From Oculina patagonica (taxonomy: Eukaryota): DNA of 64,000 bases. This document shows positions 23,219 to 35,687 of the stretch, in pieces. A program made the position numbers and the translations under genes. Numbering within the stretch: the first letter of the stretch is position 1; each line of letters opens with the position of its first letter. The notes under the pieces are model-generated. The model had not been told where the DNA came from. It searched no databases and was given only the letters and a program-made list of their open reading frames with translations. Where the stretch lies: positions 30,380,001-30,444,000 of the forward strand of contig NC_135762.1 in assembly GCF_052425735.1 (NCBI RefSeq). The letters run 5' to 3'.

Positions 23219-23869
23219 TACCTAATCGTACCTTTTTTGGTACGCTTCGGCGGCATATCAGGCGAGTTTAGTCGAGCCATGGTTATGGCGAGACCAAACT
23301 CGCCTGATATGCCGCCGAAGCGTACCAAAAAGGTACGATTAGGTATTTACCGTACCCAAATTTAACCAAAAATCCGGTTGTATTTATCGCTCTGTTGAAA
23401 CCACATGCTAGACTTGCACCAAGTCGCCCTCTATTGGCGTTGACTTGGTCTTCAACACTTTTACCAAGTTCCTCTTCTGCCTTTTTTTCCACTCGTTTGT
23501 TTAGAGTTACATTTTCTAAATTTTCAAAATCAAAATTAAGCAAAAAATTTGGAAATTCCGACTCCATTTTTTCAGTCTGAATGTTTCGGTACTCGTCGGC
23601 AAACATCGCGCAATTGGCGAGCGCGCTCAAGTTTAGTTTTGGCGGGAAAGATTTTCTCTTTTTACGACCGCTTAACACCGCTAAATTTAAATTACGAAGT
23701 TCTGTTTTATTAGTAAAAGGTCTTTTCAATTCATCGTACAGTAACATTAATTTACTTTACAAAGTGACCGTGACATGGTGGCATATCAGGTCAGTGACTT
23801 TATATCGTAGGATATCAGGACAGTAGATCGCGCTTCTGATTGGCTACTTGCGAATTTGGGTACGGTAAA
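23219..23869. mobile_element. Element with terminal long hairpin plus short inverted repeats (possibly Crypton-type non-autonomous)
   Basis: Hairpin with ~60-bp arms at 23219-23345, then an IR pair tttaccgtacccaaatt (23346) / aatttgggtacggtaaa (23869). Confidence 0.55.
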
Positions 23870-23994
23870 GGTCCTAACTGGGAACATTTGACAAAATATC
23901 AGGACCTTGTTCTCTGAGTATGCAGTAAAGGGAATGCCTGACAGAATAAATTGCCCTTTTGGTCACGTACTTCAAAAATCCAACAAAAGGTATG

Positions 23995-24165
23995 GCGTTG
24001 TAAATAATAAAGATGGTAAATTTTAAGCTCGATGATAAATAATGACACCAGCATGGGACAAAGAAAAATTCTGAGTCCCCGACGGGAATCGAACCGATGG
24101 CCTCCCAGATACCGGTTGGGCGCTCTAACCAACGCGTCCTGCATACTGCTAGGATCAGCAATGTC
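23995..24165 (-). mobile_element. tRNA-derived SINE fragment
   Basis: Minus strand tggttagagcg..ggttcgattcccgtcggggactcagaatttttctttgtccc: Pol III A/B boxes without a proper cloverleaf. Confidence 0.7.
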
Positions 24166-24823
24166 GGAATCATCAAGGGTGTAGTAAATAATAAAGATAA
24201 CGAAGATGAATTGTTCAACAATGACAAGGCGTTGTGATCAAGGGAACATACGACAGTCCTTATAAGTGCATTTAGATTTAACTGAGCCAATTACAGTATA
24301 TTTTGGGGCCGGCAGGGAGACAATTGACATAAATTGATATATCTTGCTTTACTTAACCAAATTTAGACAGGAGTTTTAGAGTGCGACGCGACGTCATCGG
24401 TGCACGTCAAGTCACGTGACCAGAACAAAAAGAGTACGCAGAACTGCGGTCCCATTCATAGTGAGTTCAATCAGACGAAGCTGATTCCAGTCCGTACTGC
24501 GCAGACGGGGGTTTCGTTGTGACGTGAACGTTACACCGGTGACGCAACAGGTAGTCCGCCAACAGTTCCCGACGAGGAGTGAAGCGTCAGGCCACCGTAT
24601 GTTCGCAAGGAACTGGCGTGAAGAAACGTAAGTGTCGCGGTAGTTTGCGTAACATTATCGTGGTGGGCCACCAGCAGCCGAGAGCGGACGGACGGAATTC
24701 ACTAAACAATGTAAGCAGCGTTCCATAGACAAAAACTGAAAAGAAGTAAAGAAAAGTGTCTTCGACCACGTTTTTGAACACATTTTTAAGGAAAAGTTGT
24801 TTTTTTTATGTTAATTTGTCATT

Positions 24824-27800
24824 TCATTTTCTATTTGACATTTCAAGTGAGTACAGGTAGTCATTCCTACAGCCGGTAAGAACTCGCTTGTCAATTACCA
24901 CAGGAGAAGAAAATACTTCACCAGGTAATGAATAAGAAGCTAAACAAACACCAGAATGAAGATCCAGGACATAAAGAGTTCCGACAGTTGAAAAAACAAA
25001 CACTGCCATTTGAGCGTCACGCTTGTCACTATGCGATGCGTGACATGTTGTGTGACAATCTGTCACGTGATTGACGTTTAATTCGGCAACGAAAGGACTT
25101 GAATAAACTTGTGCATCTGTAGTAAAACTCCACTGAAGCTCACCACTCAGTGACAAACAACACACACATTTGTCGTGAGAGCCAAACGCGATAAAATCAG
25201 AGCAGCTGGAGTAATATTCTGCGCCAATGTAAGTCGGTGAACAGAACACTGAGGCAAGGGTCTGAAACTGCCAGAGCTTGTTACCTTTAAAGTCAAAACA
25301 ATAAACAAACCCATCCACGCACGCGCAAACGACACCAGTGGGCGTCACTAACGGCGACGCAAACACTGGTTTGGGACACTGCTGACTCCAAAGGATCGTG
25401 TGTTCAACAGCGTCGACAGCAAGAAGTCGGCCAGTCAATGTAGCAATAAATACTAAATGTGGCTCATTGCTAAAACACGGCGAACTGAAACATGATCCAC
25501 CACCGCAGTCTATTGCGCAGACGCACTGCTTCTTTGTGACGTCAAGGGCGTACAAATGGTGATCATGTGACCCGACCCAGGCCACTCCTGTCTGTGGGTC
25601 GATGCATGGAGAGCTTTTTAACGCTGCGCCGGTTTGGAATGTCCAAAGTGTATCTCCAGTGAAACGGTTAAATACGTACAGTTTACCGTCATAACAACCT
25701 GTCAAGAAAGAAAAAAAGAGATAATTATTGCCATTTTGTTATTGCAAAGCTACTATTTTGACAGCCGTTAAGGAGTTTAGTGAAAGATATTGTATCACTC
25801 GTTCTCTATGATTAATAATTTTCAGGCAGCGCACTGTCAACACCTAGCATGGTAGCTGATGAAAACTCTGGAGAAAGGAAACAATGTTAATCACGTTTTT
25901 AATCGAAAATCTACAGTTGTGGTCCTCTATTTCTCTGCGTGCAGCAAAGAATGTCCAGAGTAGAGAGATTTCTTCAACAAATTTCAACTGTAAAAAAAGT
26001 CCTTAGTTTTGCTAATACACTTGACCACAGCAATTGAGGTCTTACTTGTCTTACATGCCAAAACGGGAATTTCCACATTGCTTTTGTGTCAAATGAATTT
26101 CGTAAAAGAAAAAAAAAAGAAACAACAAAAACTTTGATAAAAGGTTTCCTGTTCCTAACACCCATGAACACCAGTAATAGTGTTAAAACAATCTCACCTA
26201 CAATAACATAACTGCCACATTTTGAGATAGCTGCAGAAGATTCTATTCTGTCCCCCACCCTACTCTCCCACAGGACTTTTCCGTCAATGAGTCTGATGCA
26301 CATGAACACGTGACCGTGAGAACCAATGAAAACTTCACCCTCAGACCTCCCTCGTGCGTATATTACAAGTGGCGAGGCATCGATACACTTGTACAAACAA
26401 GTTCTCCACTGACAAGTGATAGAAACCTTGAATTCTTCCCCGGCATTATTGACGTTCGTCCTTTCTTGGTGTGCAACGTGAGTCGCAGGAGATTTATTAT
26501 CATCCAAGGAAGCGAGGGACTGGCGAGGAATGTTTTCTTGTGGCGATGATGTCATCGCCCCGCAGGATGTACAGGAAGACTGCGCGCCAGTTTGATCAGT
26601 CACGTGACTTGTTTCGAGTGTAAAATACTTACAAAGCTCACAAATAGTCCACTGGTTTCTTCTTCGCACAGAACAAAAACAACTTTTCAACTCAGATAAA
26701 CCGAACATGCCTTCTTCCTTTGAATCATTATATTCTTCTGAGCCTTGGTCTTTTACATCGGTCCTGGCTGTTTTGTTATCCTTCTGTGAGGCGCCATCGT
26801 CCAGAGAGAACGATTTTCTTTTCACAGAAAGTATTGGCGTTTGCTCAACTAACTTCATCTCCCGTGTATTCATTTTGCTTGGGAATTCTGCCTCATTCTG
26901 AACACCCACGTCAGTTGTTTCTTTGTTCACGTGATTGTCACGTGTTGAATTCGTAATTCTTACTGCTTGTGCGTTGCCTCGTGGGTCAGCAGTTGCAGCC
27001 AAACTATCGCGATTACTATCTCCATTTAAGCGTTCAGGAAGTGTCTCTTTAGATTGCATACCATCTCGTTTGTAGGTTCCTGTTAGTTTGCTATCAACGT
27101 AGTTACAAAGGGCGTCAAAAGGTTTGCTTAAAATAACGTCCAACAATTCTGAAAGATCGACTGCGGTTGTCTTCTGCTTGGATAAAAATGATTCAATAAA
27201 ATCCGCCAATCTCATGGCGTCGAGAGAAGACCCACCACTAGCAATAAACATATCGTCTTCATTTACAAAGTTTTTCCTGGTTTCATGAAAACTGCTTGGC
27301 TCTCTCTTTGCAATCTCAGAACTACTACTTTCTTTATTTCCGGATTCGTTCATTTCTAAAACTTCGTTCCAAACGCATTTCAGAAATTCTCTTGTAGACT
27401 TCATGTCCTCAAACATTGATGTTTTCTGAACACCAGCCAATAAAGAGCCTCTGTCAATCTTCCCGTGCGCTGTCATTGGTAGATGAGAAACCACGTGAAT
27501 ACAATCAGGCCGAGCCTGGACTGGTAACAAGTTCATCACGTCACGTTTTAAAGACGACAGTTCGCTATTATTATATGAGGAAGACTTTTCAACAACGAAT
27601 AAATGAAGTCTGGAGTGGTTGGTTTTAACTGTTTTCTCTAAAACCAGTGAACACGCACTTTCTAGAAGCTTTTCTGTAATCTGACGTTCAATCCAGTCTA
27701 GATTTATTCTCTTGCCCATTCGCTTGATCTGCCGATCTCTGCGCCCACAGAACCAGATACAGCGGTCTTTCACGTACGCCCAGTCCCCTGTCGCACGCAT

Positions 27801-30800
27801 CGTTCCTGCGGTGAGAGCTGTCTCGTTGCCAAGGAGACAGACACGATCTGACCCACCTGTAAAATAGCATCACATATATGTATTAAAGTAAAAGTCGTCT
27901 TTTTTTTAAAATGACTGGACATTTCGTTTATGTCCAATTTACCTTTGAACTCTTTGAGTACCAAGAAGGGAAAACAAAGTCTACCTTTGCTCGGACAGCA
28001 CTTTTGCAATGCCTTTTAAAATCAATGTGCAGGTTTTACTGGGTCAGTAGTAAGAATACGATCCAACGACCGATCCAACCAAACAAAGCAATTTTCAGTT
28101 TTTTCCATTTGAAAAGAAAGACAGCTCCTTTGACTTTGCAGCGACTATCTCGGCCTTTATGCAATGCTTCCATTTGATACCACAAATAAGACCTCAAATA
28201 ACAGCTTTGAAGAACGCTGAAGTCAACCAGTGGGAAACAACTTTGACAAACAATTAAAAGCGCATGCACAGGGCGCATGTTGCCACATAAGTTGGAAATA
28301 CAAGGAAATACATAAGTTCTGCGACTAAATTGGATTAAGTTTTATGAACAAAATTCTTACTCACCAATGAAGATTTGTCCTGTGCCTTCCTGAACAAGTT
28401 TGCCATTTTCATCTCGCACTTCAATTACTGTGTCTAACAACGGAACACCAAGGGGTACATCATTAACTTCATCAATGAGGTAGCTCTCCGGATCGTCGCA
28501 TTGAGATGTCACATTTCCTTGACAAGCACCAGACACATCCTTCACCAATACATTATCAGGAATATGTTGACATGACGCCCAACATGAAACCTCAGTAATG
28601 CCATAAAGATTGTAAATTGAACAGTTGCTCTGGGAAGACCTCCACTGTCTGAGGGTAGAGAGGGTGGGGCAGGATTCTCCACCAAAGGCAAGAACTCTAA
28701 GTGACGAATTGCTGCTGAGAACTTTAGTTTTGATCAGGTCCTGGCCTATGTGATATATCAGAGATGGAGTTGGCTGTGTGGAAAAAGGAACAAACTTATT
28801 AAAGGATACAAAGCATTTTAATTAGTAGCTCAAAGATACATGGGGGAAATGAGGAGTAAATCTAAACAACTTTTAACACTGAGGCAGAATAAGTGTAAAA
28901 AAATAATAAATATCATAGATAAAAATAACAAAAATAATAAAAATAAAAATAAACAAAGTAATAATAAAAAAATAATAATATAAAAAAGTAATATTTTTAT
29001 AATACAAAAATAATAAAGATAGATGAAAAAAAAATTGAAAAAATAAAAATAAAATAAAAAAAATACTCAACAGTTTTAAGTTGAACTTTGTGACTGATGA
29101 AGTGGTTATTCCCGAAAGGCAAAACAAAACAAGTTTACAGCACTTTTTAAGAAAAAAACATTTTATGAGAATAAGGAACCTGATAGGCCAATTTTGATAC
29201 TAAAAATTCTAACTTGGCTGCGCGGGTTATTTTTTCTTTAAGGAATAAAACAAAAGAAATTATTTTTTCATTACTTGACCTTGACATGATTTCTTTTGTT
29301 TAAATTCCACAAGCCTTGAAGCCCAAGTCGTATTTCCCTAATTAAGCAACAACCTTGATGGAGCCTTCGTTCTTGAATAAGTACTCACATGGCATCATAA
29401 AATTAAGCTCACCCTAATCCTCAAAGTGACAATGTCACCATGATTATTAGAGTTACTTTCCACACTTACTTGCAAAATAGTTACTCTTTCCTCATCAAAA
29501 AGAATGTGACAAAGCTTAGAAGGCATCATTTTAACACTGTCTGGTACAATGACAAGTTTGGCTCCTGCAGCGAATGCTAGGAACATCTGTACTACGAAGG
29601 GGTCAAAGGTGTAGGGGGATGCAAGGAACACCACATCATCTGACGTCACCTGGAATATATCCCTGTCAAGCAAGGTAAGTAATAGGTAAACCTTGAGCCA
29701 AAGGGCCCATACTGCCGGGGCTTATCCCGGTTTCAGTAGCATTAAGCAGCTAGGAATACTTCTACTCCCCTCTGGATAGGATGCTAGTCCATCACAGGGT
29801 TACCCCCCGGGCATTATTTTGCTGGTACCCATTTATACACCTAGGTGGAGAGAGGCACTTTGAGGGTAAAGTGTCTTGCCCAAGAACACAACAGTGACCC
29901 CAGCCAGGGCTCAAATCCGGACCACTCGATCCGGAGTCCGGTGTGCTAACTGTTAGGCCACCCTGCCTCCTAAGCAAGGTAAGTACTGGGTGAGATTACA
30001 GTGTCAGAGAGGGGCTAATCAAGGAAAACTGCTTGACAAAAGGGTACATGATATTCTGGCTGTTCATGATTGGTTATTGTCATAGTTTTGAAGTTGTAAA
30101 ATGTCCTTTAGTATCTTAGGGAAGTCACGTTATGACACAATTTTTTGTGTGGAAATCATCACCACAAGCTCTTTTGGATGCCTTCTTGTTTGTAAAAGCA
30201 AGGGCATTGACTGCTAACTACAGGTTCACACAGTACAGCTCATTTTTCCATGTAATGTTCAAGGCATTTCTAGGCCCCAGTAACCTTGCCACCACCCATC
30301 ATGCAAGGCTAATAATTTGTATGTGACTCAGTTCTTAAAAAAGGTGTTGGTATATAACTTCTTGTCACAAATATTTGAATTAGAAGAAACCTCACATTTG
30401 ATATTAGATTATGAACGTTTAAGTTTCACAAGGGAAGTAGGTGACAGATATTTCATTGTGGGCCATACGTGAAATAAAATAATACTGTTCAAGGATTTAC
30501 AGGCAGCAAAATCACGTGGGGGGGGGGGTTCCCGTGCATCACCTGTCTGCTGGCCGGTGACCTTATTCGGCGGAATGACGGAATATCGCTAGTTTGCTTG
30601 TGATTAGCTTTCACTCAGTTTGCTTGGGTTACCTTTTTTGTTGGTTAAGGGCAATATACTCTCACCGTTCCGTCTGTCCACCATTCCGCCAAATAGGGTC
30701 ACCCCCTGCTGGCACATTTTAATTGGGCTGGAGAAAAGTTTTTGTTTCACATGTAAGGAGTACCATACCAAATGATTCATCACAAAAGTGTAATTATCCA

Positions 30801-31400
30801 GTCTTACCTCAAATCTGTTATGTTTGGCACTATGCATCTGTGTGGCACTTTCACAGCTTTAGCTTCACCTGTCGTCCCTGATGTCTGCATGACGTACGCA
30901 AGACCCAGACACTCTGCATGCACTGTATCTCCCTTCAGTTCAAAAGACTTTCTGACAAGTAAAAAGCCATTGGCAGCAAGAGCTTGATTCCTAATAAGCT
31001 CAACTTGGCAGCCACTTGGTAAATGAGTTTTCCACTGCGACAAAAACGTTTGAAATGTCTCAAGTAGGTCTTTATATACAAGCACAAGACTAACGTTCAG
31101 TTGTAGCAAAAACTTGCAAACCATGTCTGGAGGCCAATTCAGATCTATTGGTGCAAAGCAACTGTCACACTTTACTACTCCAAGAATACAGGCCACCAAG
31201 CCAATTGATTGTTCGGAATAAATCGCAATGATTTCCTGTCTTTCGCATAAACTGCCTAAAAAATCTGCCACTTGGGAGGCCTGAGCGTCAAGTTCCCGAT
31301 AAGTTTTGTGCTCTGTGGCTATTCCAGAGTTAAACGTAACGGCAATATTACTGGAAAAACCTCGAGAAGTTTCCTCAAACATGGAGTTTAGCGTCACCAT
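24824..31400 (-). CDS. AASDH: Beta-alanine-activating enzyme / acyl-CoA synthetase family member 4 (A-PCP-PQQ propeller)
   Basis: Exons 30808-31400, 29470-29662, 28365-28773, 26198-27856, 24824-25698. Adenylation motifs YVMQTSGTTG, NLYGITE, RATGD, GRRDRQIK, TAHGKIDR; carrier motif GGSSLDAM; PQQ-type repeats (SSP..GSHD). Confidence 0.95.
28895..29070. repeat. A-rich low-complexity tract
   Basis: (AAAT/AAT)n-like sequence in an AASDH intron. Confidence 0.8.
29682..29971 (-). mobile_element. Full-length tRNA-derived SINE with 14-bp TSD
   Basis: Minus-strand head ggaggcagggtggcctaacagttagcac..ggatttgagccc; TSD AAGCAAGGTAAGTA at 29668-29681 and 29972-29985. Confidence 0.85.
30555..30705. mobile_element. 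Small TIR element with 8-bp TSD
   Basis: ggtgaccttattcggcggaatg / cattccgccaaatagggtcacc; CTGCTGGC on both flanks. Confidence 0.7.
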
Positions 31401-31706
31401 AGCTAATTTTGCGTGCAATGGTACCAAACAGATACTCAAAAATCTTGACGATTACAACACACAAATATTCTTGAAGTAAATTATGAGCGTTACCAATGTT
31501 TCAATCAAGTCTATTCCCACGAAGTTCCAAATTGTTTCATGTCGCGTAAATTTCATGTTTTGTCCGCCATGCTGGAGCCCGCATGACTTAGCCAGCTGTT
31601 TACCGTAAAAATGTAAGCTCTTGAGCATTTCATTGAATCGTAAGCCACTGTCCAATGAAATGTTTACAACTCCGCATTTTACAAAAGCGAAGTCTCTTTT
31701 GGCAAA

Positions 31707-34357
31707 ATGAACACTTTTCTTTCCCGTTTAAACACAATATTTGCGTTTACTTTAACAGTACTCGCTGCCCTAACATTCCTTTGTTTCCTATCGACGCTTT
31801 TTAAAGCTCATCAAGCACCCCTTCATCTACAGACAAAGAAAGTTTTGGTGTGAGTATGACCTCTTTGTAGACAATGACTGTCGTTTTTAAGGATTTTTTT
31901 TTTCTAACACGTGCGTCCTTCAATATTTTCTCGTTAGGAAAAATGTTCAAGACTTTAGTGTCTCCAAGGACAAGAATGACTTGGGCTTCATTACTTTTGA
32001 TCTAGAAGGAGATATCCTTTTGTTGCTGTTCAATAGTTTACAACCCCTACCCCTCTCCCCTCAATCATTTGTTCAGCTGCCGTTGTGGGGGAGGGTACCC
32101 TTTTATATTACTTGTTTTCTGAACAGGTAATTTGCTTCCTTGGAAAAATGAAATTAACTGAAAAGAAATTTGGTTTTTGTTTTATTATTGTTTTTTGGGA
32201 TTAAGTTCAGATCACATAAAAAGGGGCAGGATAGGGATGCGACACAGGGGCAAATCCCTTTAAAAGAATGTCCTAAAGGGGGGGGGGGGTGGAGGTATAA
32301 ATCCCATTTTTCAGCCTACTGTTTTCCTGATTTTTCAAATCCCAATACCAGTTTTATTGTTTTTTTGTTTGTGATCCCCAATCCCAGTGACCCAAATCCT
32401 ATTTTCCCAGTGTAAAGTTGCCCAAATCCCAGTTCCCATTTTATCCCCTGAGGCCCCTCCTTCAAGGGAAGTTCTTGCAAGGACACATGGAGGGAGAATC
32501 CCTTGTTGATATCCCACAAGGGAACTTAACTTGTTGCAGTACATACATTAATTGTTTTTATGCTGTTGCAGAGACCTTATCTGTCGACAGTTTATCAAAG
32601 AGAAAAACACGTTTTACTCAATTTGTAGACAATTGTCAGTGTTGTTTCAGAACTGCATGTTTGACTTGCCATTTGGAGACCAAAAATTTCCTTAATTTAC
32701 AGTAGATATGAAAGGTATTTTCAACTGGAATGTTAAACAACTGTTCTTGTACCTAACAGCTGAGTACTCTACCAAGAACAATGTAAGATAATGTCCGTTT
32801 ATGTTATCTAGTTACTGAATGTATTTTCCACAGGGCATTCAATGAAATCTGTAGTGGGCCGCTACCCTTACAAGACACCATCCAAGACTAATATGAGAAG
32901 CTAAAAAGATCTCCCCTTTGTAGGGACGTGTATAAATTTTAACTGGCAATTCAGAACAGAATATCTGCAAGAGTTCTGGCTGGTGCTGGGTGTTATTGAA
33001 AGCCCTGTCAATTCCATGTTTATTATAAGTAATGAATGATTGCATATTGTACCATGATAATTGTGTTGTGTTGTTCCAGAAAATATCCATACCCCTCCCA
33101 CAGAAGGTTTTTTGGTTTGAATCCCCTACCCCCCTTGGAAATTTTAATATGTACTTAAAGTACATATGTGGCAAAAAAGCCAAAATTGTTAAAACAATTT
33201 TGGGGGAGTGGTGGTTTGGGGAAGAGATTGCCAGCTTGACTGAGGAGTCCTGATCAGTCAATAGTATGGCCTCAACAATGGATTATTCTTACTCTTCTAG
33301 CTCTATTTTCAATTCTCTTTCCTTGCCCATTCATTCTTCTACACAGAAATTTAACCAAGTAGTAATCTGGGACAAAATCATCCTACGTGGAGACAATGCA
33401 CTACTCAACTACCATGGCATGAACACCAAGTACTACTTCTTTGACGATGGGCTTGGACTCAAGTATGTATAATCAAAATTATTATCAATTTAACATTGAA
33501 AGTTCCTCTTTCATCATGGAGTAGATTTAAGGAGGTGCCCTCACTGAAGACTGGGGTGCATTAGACTGTTATATCAATGATATTTATTCGATTAAGCGCC
33601 CAACCTCGAATAAGCCCCACCCTGAAGGTACGAAAAGTAAATAAGTGCCCAGCCTCGTAAGCGCTCCCTCTCCTCAAAAAAAAATGGATGGACAGCTGTT
33701 CCTCCAATCCATACTAAGCTCTCTTATTTTAGCAATTTCTGAAAGTGAACCTTACCTATGCGTTTAAACAAATAACTCTCAAATTTGGTTGAGTTACTAA
33801 TTTTTGGATGCTCTTTCAGATGACGGGCCCAGTCAATCTTGTGCAATAATTTCTTTTTTTTTTTTCAGTGCAATCGATATTGAATATTCGTACCCAGTCC
33901 CCTGCTCGGGTTTTGAACATGGCTAATTGGCTTTAGTTTTGGTTAAGTTTGGCATTCAATTTGATATTACTAATTAATGTACTCTAAGCACAGCAAATAA
34001 GTCATTTCCAAGTTGTTTTTTACCTCTGTTTCAACAAGTGTTGGTACACAAACATTCATATGGAAATGAGTTTGTTTGGCATGACAAAAACCTGTGCAAG
34101 AAAATCTAATTTCCATTTGAAAGTTTATGCATCAAGACTCGTTTTGAAACAGAGAAAAACGGCATCTTGGAAATGGCCTATTGGCACGAAATCTAATGAT
34201 CTTTTTCTTTTTCAGAGGAAACAAAAATGTCAGCCTGTATTTATCATGGAATGTAATTCCCAATGCTGGCATCCTGCCATTAATAAACCAAGACAACAAG
34301 TTCTTTTTTGACTTCCCTGATGACTACACTGTCAACAGAGCTGGATTTGATCATTAA
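31707..34357 (+). CDS. SPCS3: Signal peptidase complex subunit 3 (SPC22/23)
   Basis: Exons 31707-31849 ([14 protein letters not shown]), 31938-32011 ([15 protein letters not shown]), 32706-32782 ([16 protein letters not shown]), 33347-33462 ([18 protein letters not shown]), 34216-34357 ([12 protein letters not shown]). Confidence 0.95.
32012..32705 (+). other. U12-type (minor spliceosome) intron in SPCS3
   Basis: 5' site ATATCCTTT at 32012; branch site TTCCTTAAT at 32688-32696; in-frame acceptors AG at 32702 or 32705. Confidence 0.85.
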
Positions 34358-34943
34358 AATGATAATTAAAAAAACTGTTACCATCTTGAAGTGAAAGTGC
34401 CATGAACTTGGAAATCTGTGTTACTTGCAGCCTGACAGCATAGATTTTTAAAGTTAGCCATGACAGAAAGTGAAAATATTCTTGAAAAACTCAAATTAGA
34501 AGATGTTAAAGTTATTTCCTTACACTGGCAACTCTGCCATAACACCTTTTCTGGGTTTACCTTGGGGTAAGAACCTGTGAAATTTTTCTTTGTTTTTGAG
34601 CTATTGTTTTCTTGCTCAATATTGTTGCACATTTCTTTTTATGTGTTACTGATGAATTTTACAGGTTCTTAAACTGAGACCTTTTAAACCCTTTCTCTTT
34701 ATATTTTGCCTAGTATCACTGCCACTTACCAAGGATTTTAATTTATTATAATCAAAATTGCTTTTCATCTTTGACTTCAATGCCTTTGATGAAGTTATTT
34801 AATAGGGAAACATTAATAATAAAAGCTCTCCTGATTGGCAATGGTACCTTCTAGCATTTTTTCCATCTCCAAGACACAAGAACACTGTTAGTTTTCACTT
34901 GTTAGACAGACTCTGAGATAAATGTGTAACACTGAAAGTGAAC

Positions 34944-35216
34944 TAGCCTGCGAACAGCTGCCTCTCTTTTCTCTTGGCCGGTTTGGAATTTCGCAAGAGA
35001 GACTTCTGCCATTTACAGCCAGAAATTTCATTGACAACATAAATCTGTCCTGAATCTGGTAATGAACCCTGATTGGTCAATTAGTTAAATTGCATAATGT
35101 ATGTGAAATATAACACCTTATGATGCAAATGGAAAAGAATGGATGCTATTGCGGACATCTCTTGCAAAACGCCAAACCAGCCAAAAGGAAAGAGAGGGGG
35201 CTGTATTCGCAGGGTA
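34944..35216. mobile_element. TAG-ended MITE with 9-bp TSD (AcademH-like) between the SPCS3 and USP12/46 3' ends
   Basis: tagcctgcgaacagc / gctgtattcgcagggta; AAAGTGAAC on both flanks. Confidence 0.75.
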
Positions 35217-35687
35217 AAAGTGAACACAATTCTTCCATTACTATCACATGCTGGGGTTTTTTCTCACTCTTAAGTGTTATTGTCTCTACTCATAATTTAA
35301 AACAATAATCATGTACAAGATAAAATGTAGGTGACAGCTTTATTAACAGCACAGACAAAATCAAAATACTTGACAACAATAAATACCTAGGCATTACTAA
35401 GACTAGTGTAAGACTATTAAAGGAGAAATGTACATGTCAGCATTTCAGGTCAACTGAATGCTTTTTGAGTGAAAACAGCTGACATTGTACAGTAATGTAT
35501 TTTAAAAGCCACTTTGAGGACTGACACAGTAATTGTTTACAGTTACCTTTCACAAGAACATGTTCTTGAGCAAGCAACAAAATAAATCCAACTTGAATAT
35601 AAAAAAAAAAACAGATTCTTTTCCTGAGTCCTTTGAGTATCTTTCTGTGTCCCATATAAATTATTAGCCCTTTTAATCATTAAAATT

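Noticed and set aside
28873-29127. Phe/Ile-rich membrane-like ORF
   Set aside because: Translation of an A-rich low-complexity intron tract.
24824-31400. NRPS gene suggesting a biosynthetic cluster or horizontal transfer
   Set aside because: It is the widely conserved, intron-containing metazoan AASDH.
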